Of a DNA stretch of 53,070 bases, positions 51,101-53,070 are shown piece after piece. Each line of letters starts with the position of its first letter. Positions within the stretch are counted from its first letter, which is position 1. Location: positions 124,001 through 177,070 of the forward strand of contig JBMNHG010000004.1 in the NCBI GenBank assembly GCA_050950285.1, read 5' to 3'. The translations under genes and the position numbers were made by a program. This DNA is from Kiritimatiellia bacterium (GTDB lineage: Bacteria; Verrucomicrobiota; Kiritimatiellia; RFP12; JBMNHG01). Under the pieces are notes generated by a model. It did not search any database and was not told the origin of the DNA. It saw only the letters and a program-made list of their open reading frames with translations.

Positions 51101-53070
51101 TCCCGGCGCTTCGGCTACGGCCGGAACGCGACGCTCCGCCAGACCTACCACGCCACGCTCGGCCTCAAGCCCGACGGCGCGCCCGGCCTGGTCGAGGACT
51201 ACGCCTCCTACTGGACGGACAGCGCCCACCCCCGCCGCAACGGACGCCCCCGCCTCGTCCGGGGCGAGTCGCGCCCGTGGAGCTACCAGGCCTGGGACGC
51301 CGAAGGCCGCGAAATCCTCCGCCTCGACCAGCTCGACGGCTCGGCGATTCCCGAGCAATTCGCCGATTGGGCCGCCCCGTCCGATCTCGCCGATCTGTCT
51401 GATTTCCCCACCATCACCGCCATCGCCACCGTCTCCGACTACACGCCGCTGCCCGGCGATTCCAACCCGCTCGCCGCCCTCGATTCCGTCCGCACCGAAT
51501 CGCGCCACCTCGTCCGCAACGGCGCGGCGACGTGCATCGGGCGCACGTGGTTCATCCACACCGTCGGCACGGACGCCGCGGGCCGCGCCTTCGCGACCGT
51601 GAAGACGATCCGCGCCCGCGCCCCGGACGCCGCCCTCGACGACCCCGGCAACGCCGTCTCGACCGCCACCCGCTTCGACACGGACGCCCCCGGCATCCCG
51701 CTCCTCCTGCGCGGCCGCCCGCTCGAATCCACCGACGAAGACGGCGTGACCACCGCCTGCGACTACGCCCTCGGCGACTACGACCCCGCCACCCGCGTCT
51801 TCACCCCCGGCGGCTCCGAAACCGCGCTCCGCACCGTCGTCACCCAGACTCATCAGTCATCACTCGCCACGCATCACTTCCCGACGCAGTCGGAGACCAT
51901 CCAGGACGCCGCGCACGGCACGACGCTCTACTCGGCAACCCTCCTGCAGGCCACCGGCGCCACCCTCGACTGGCAGGCGCACGCCTACGACGACAAGAAC
52001 CGCCTCCGCTCCACGCTTCACGCCGACGGCTCCACCTCCACCAACGCCCATTCCTGCTGCCGCCTGCTTTGGACGCAGGATCGCAACGGCTTCAAGACCC
52101 TCCGCTCCGCCGAGACCGGCAAAGACCACCTCTACTATGCCATCGAAGAGGAATCGCTTGCCCAGTTGCCCGGCTACGGCTACGGACATCGCACCACCAT
52201 GCATTTCATGGACGCCCTCGGCAGGGAGACCAACACCGTCACGACGGCGGTCGGCGACCCCGGGAGCGCCTATCGTCCCGATTGCTGGACGCTCGGCTCT
52301 GCTGTCTCTGAAACGACGACGTACCCCGACGGCATCGGCGACCACGTCGTCCACGTCGACCGTCGCGGGGTGCGCACGGTCTCGACGAGCCGGTCGTTCG
52401 CCGACCGCGAGGAGAGCGTCGCCCTGACGTTCTCGCCGACGAACCCCGACGTTTGCGTCGTGGCGAGCACGAACATCGCCTACCGGAACGGGCGTTCCAT
52501 CGCCATCCAAAGCTGGGACGGCGGCTGGACGCGCGAAACCTCGTGGAGCGATTACGCCGCCGACGGGACGCGGCGCACCTTTTCCGTCACCGAGGCTTCC
52601 GATTCGGTTGGTGCCATCACCAACCAAATCACCCACAGCGATTTCCTCGGTCGCACGGTGGCGACGCTGACGCCCGGCACTGCGGGCGGTTGGCTCGTCA
52701 CGTCGAACGCCTACGACGGCGCGACCTCGCGCCTGATTCGCTCGGAAACGAGCGGTCAGCCTGCCACGACCTACCTCTACGACGAGCGCGGCGAGATGGC
52801 GGCGACCGTCCAGGGCGGCGTCGAGACCGCTTCCGAAACCCGCTACGAGAACATCGGCGGGGCATGGTGGCGGGTGGACGTCCGCAGCACGTCGCACGAG
52901 GGCGTCACCAACGCCGTCGCGACGACCCGCTGGCAGTTGACGGGGCTGTCCAACGCCTTGCGGAGCCGCACGGTGAGCATCGACCCGAACGGCTCGATCA
53001 CGACGGAGTCGAGCAGCTACAACCCGCAGACTTTTGAAATGACGACGGTTCGCGCCACCGATGCGGCAAC
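48122..53070 (+). CDS. Giant RHS/YD-repeat protein with N-terminal TM segments and thrombospondin-3-like repeats (3' truncated; absent from ORF track)
   Basis: Same frame at every point checked: MGLLQSMHHW..., DHDGDGL..DTDLDGVPDG..DSDGDG, AYDDKNRLRST..DG, YLYDERGEM. Confidence 0.8.
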   Translation, partial: MGLLQSMHHWMFAGACLLAGVPLLFCLGAWAGTSPGLRRLFRALGDRFRSLAPSVRAALSALLVVATLHGVPKVPPGSNAPSSGPPPAGMVSGGLPARPARGPFSGPRLTADQYRAGVALARVATNPSPALASVPSNAVVHAPWTRYGVAEDTFWLPATNWSFTLGTNRVGGLHVSSSGTLSFGWPKGSPRARRMPDGSGLDFLAPLQTSLGIVPPAGRFWHAPTASNSLLLAWQDVFAGRDAGLPVTFQAELFPSGDFVYRYDLSRLSATNALPATNWVVGAQHGGGGETFAFGGTGVLVHGLELHWRAFGMLDPDVADHDGDGLSTCDEVMVHGTDPRLPDTDLDGVPDGAEVVLGTSPLLRDSDGDGLVDGSDPDPLSPTPLDDLDGDGIPDAYETATFGSTNAVDSLDHDPGGTGFPLSTKIAAGMDPHAEAFAPTNLAWNLASQKLFDAFQCDLPQASGVVYRRTFTINRKGGWQQYFLSSEPDKAGGWTLDGMALDWADSEGGSGTATASPRDDSLRIPVSTNALQLTLTLRATSTNSICAKPLHLLAWAPGVLVDGAEAPAEINGARCQAVEWTGGETSVDVHYDFSARPCRAAPSAMERAALLDPFPGEARLAFTPDGSCTGGSLAAKAPGVYDTPGCTLAAATPPAQRGGQGDPGEDPVDRLLFFAPRIAYGDGLHGGGCFTALFFNAATGAYEPVSDYPLDSRCLREGWRQDATGGSQCGCIAEIDYGDPALAGYFTQSISYEGFSATGTISFNGRQVWSGSAAHHVADECLGAFHPFYDECGDCASSCADGNCDDLEGDGLGSLAFRIPLGIPRDGQVSGFLWFRTTEPILVTPATFSLLAREDAAIVAVTNNGLSLVTCSDVRGRTAAIDPIPHGVRITVRKTAGNTLEHVWEIANIDGSPGEIEFKKISRLNNIMRDVVYTYTEGEGEDPPSWVCFDNIAQTSEQVLRTDTLNDGPHGVLREERIVRDAAGAILSRDVAESRRFGYGRNATLRQTYHATLGLKPDGAPGLVEDYASYWTDSAHPRRNGRPRLVRGESRPWSYQAWDAEGREILRLDQLDGSAIPEQFADWAAPSDLADLSDFPTITAIATVSDYTPLPGDSNPLAALDSVRTESRHLVRNGAATCIGRTWFIHTVGTDAAGRAFATVKTIRARAPDAALDDPGNAVSTATRFDTDAPGIPLLLRGRPLESTDEDGVTTACDYALGDYDPATRVFTPGGSETALRTVVTQTHQSSLATHHFPTQSETIQDAAHGTTLYSATLLQATGATLDWQAHAYDDKNRLRSTLHADGSTSTNAHSCCRLLWTQDRNGFKTLRSAETGKDHLYYAIEEESLAQLPGYGYGHRTTMHFMDALGRETNTVTTAVGDPGSAYRPDCWTLGSAVSETTTYPDGIGDHVVHVDRRGVRTVSTSRSFADREESVALTFSPTNPDVCVVASTNIAYRNGRSIAIQSWDGGWTRETSWSDYAADGTRRTFSVTEASDSVGAITNQITHSDFLGRTVATLTPGTAGGWLVTSNAYDGATSRLIRSETSGQPATTYLYDERGEMAATVQGGVETASETRYENIGGAWWRVDVRSTSHEGVTNAVATTRWQLTGLSNALRSRTVSIDPNGSITTESSSYNPQTFEMTTVRATDAA

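Overview
GC-rich bacterial chromosome segment. Protein style, pilin-like genes and REP types suggest a PVC-group bacterium such as Kiritimatiellae/Lentisphaerae (inference only). Core genes: lipid A acyltransferase, anaerobic sulfatase maturase, hemW, NrdR-controlled class II ribonucleotide reductase, alr, tcdA, TPP riboswitch plus cytX, nadK, gyrB-gyrA, lacZ-type GH2, phosphomannomutase, a GT4, and a frameshifted PPi-dependent PFK. Accessory content: a five-gene prepilin cluster and an RHS-type giant protein running off the right edge. Most notable: (1) a ~6 kb integrase-free island bounded by a duplicated tcdA 3' end, with a TPR-fused mosaic exported protein, an immunity-like partner and a relic second cassette, suggesting an undescribed polymorphic toxin system; (2) a 39-bp perfect purine/pyrimidine alternating tract (Z-DNA/cruciform-prone) just upstream of the putative gyrB promoter, with REP-bearing elements on both sides of gyrBA; (3) a chorismate mutase/acyl-ACP thioesterase fusion; (4) a 150-bp MITE overlapping stop codons; (5) repeated leaderless-promoter geometry. 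All assignments come from reading motifs by eye; no database searches were run.
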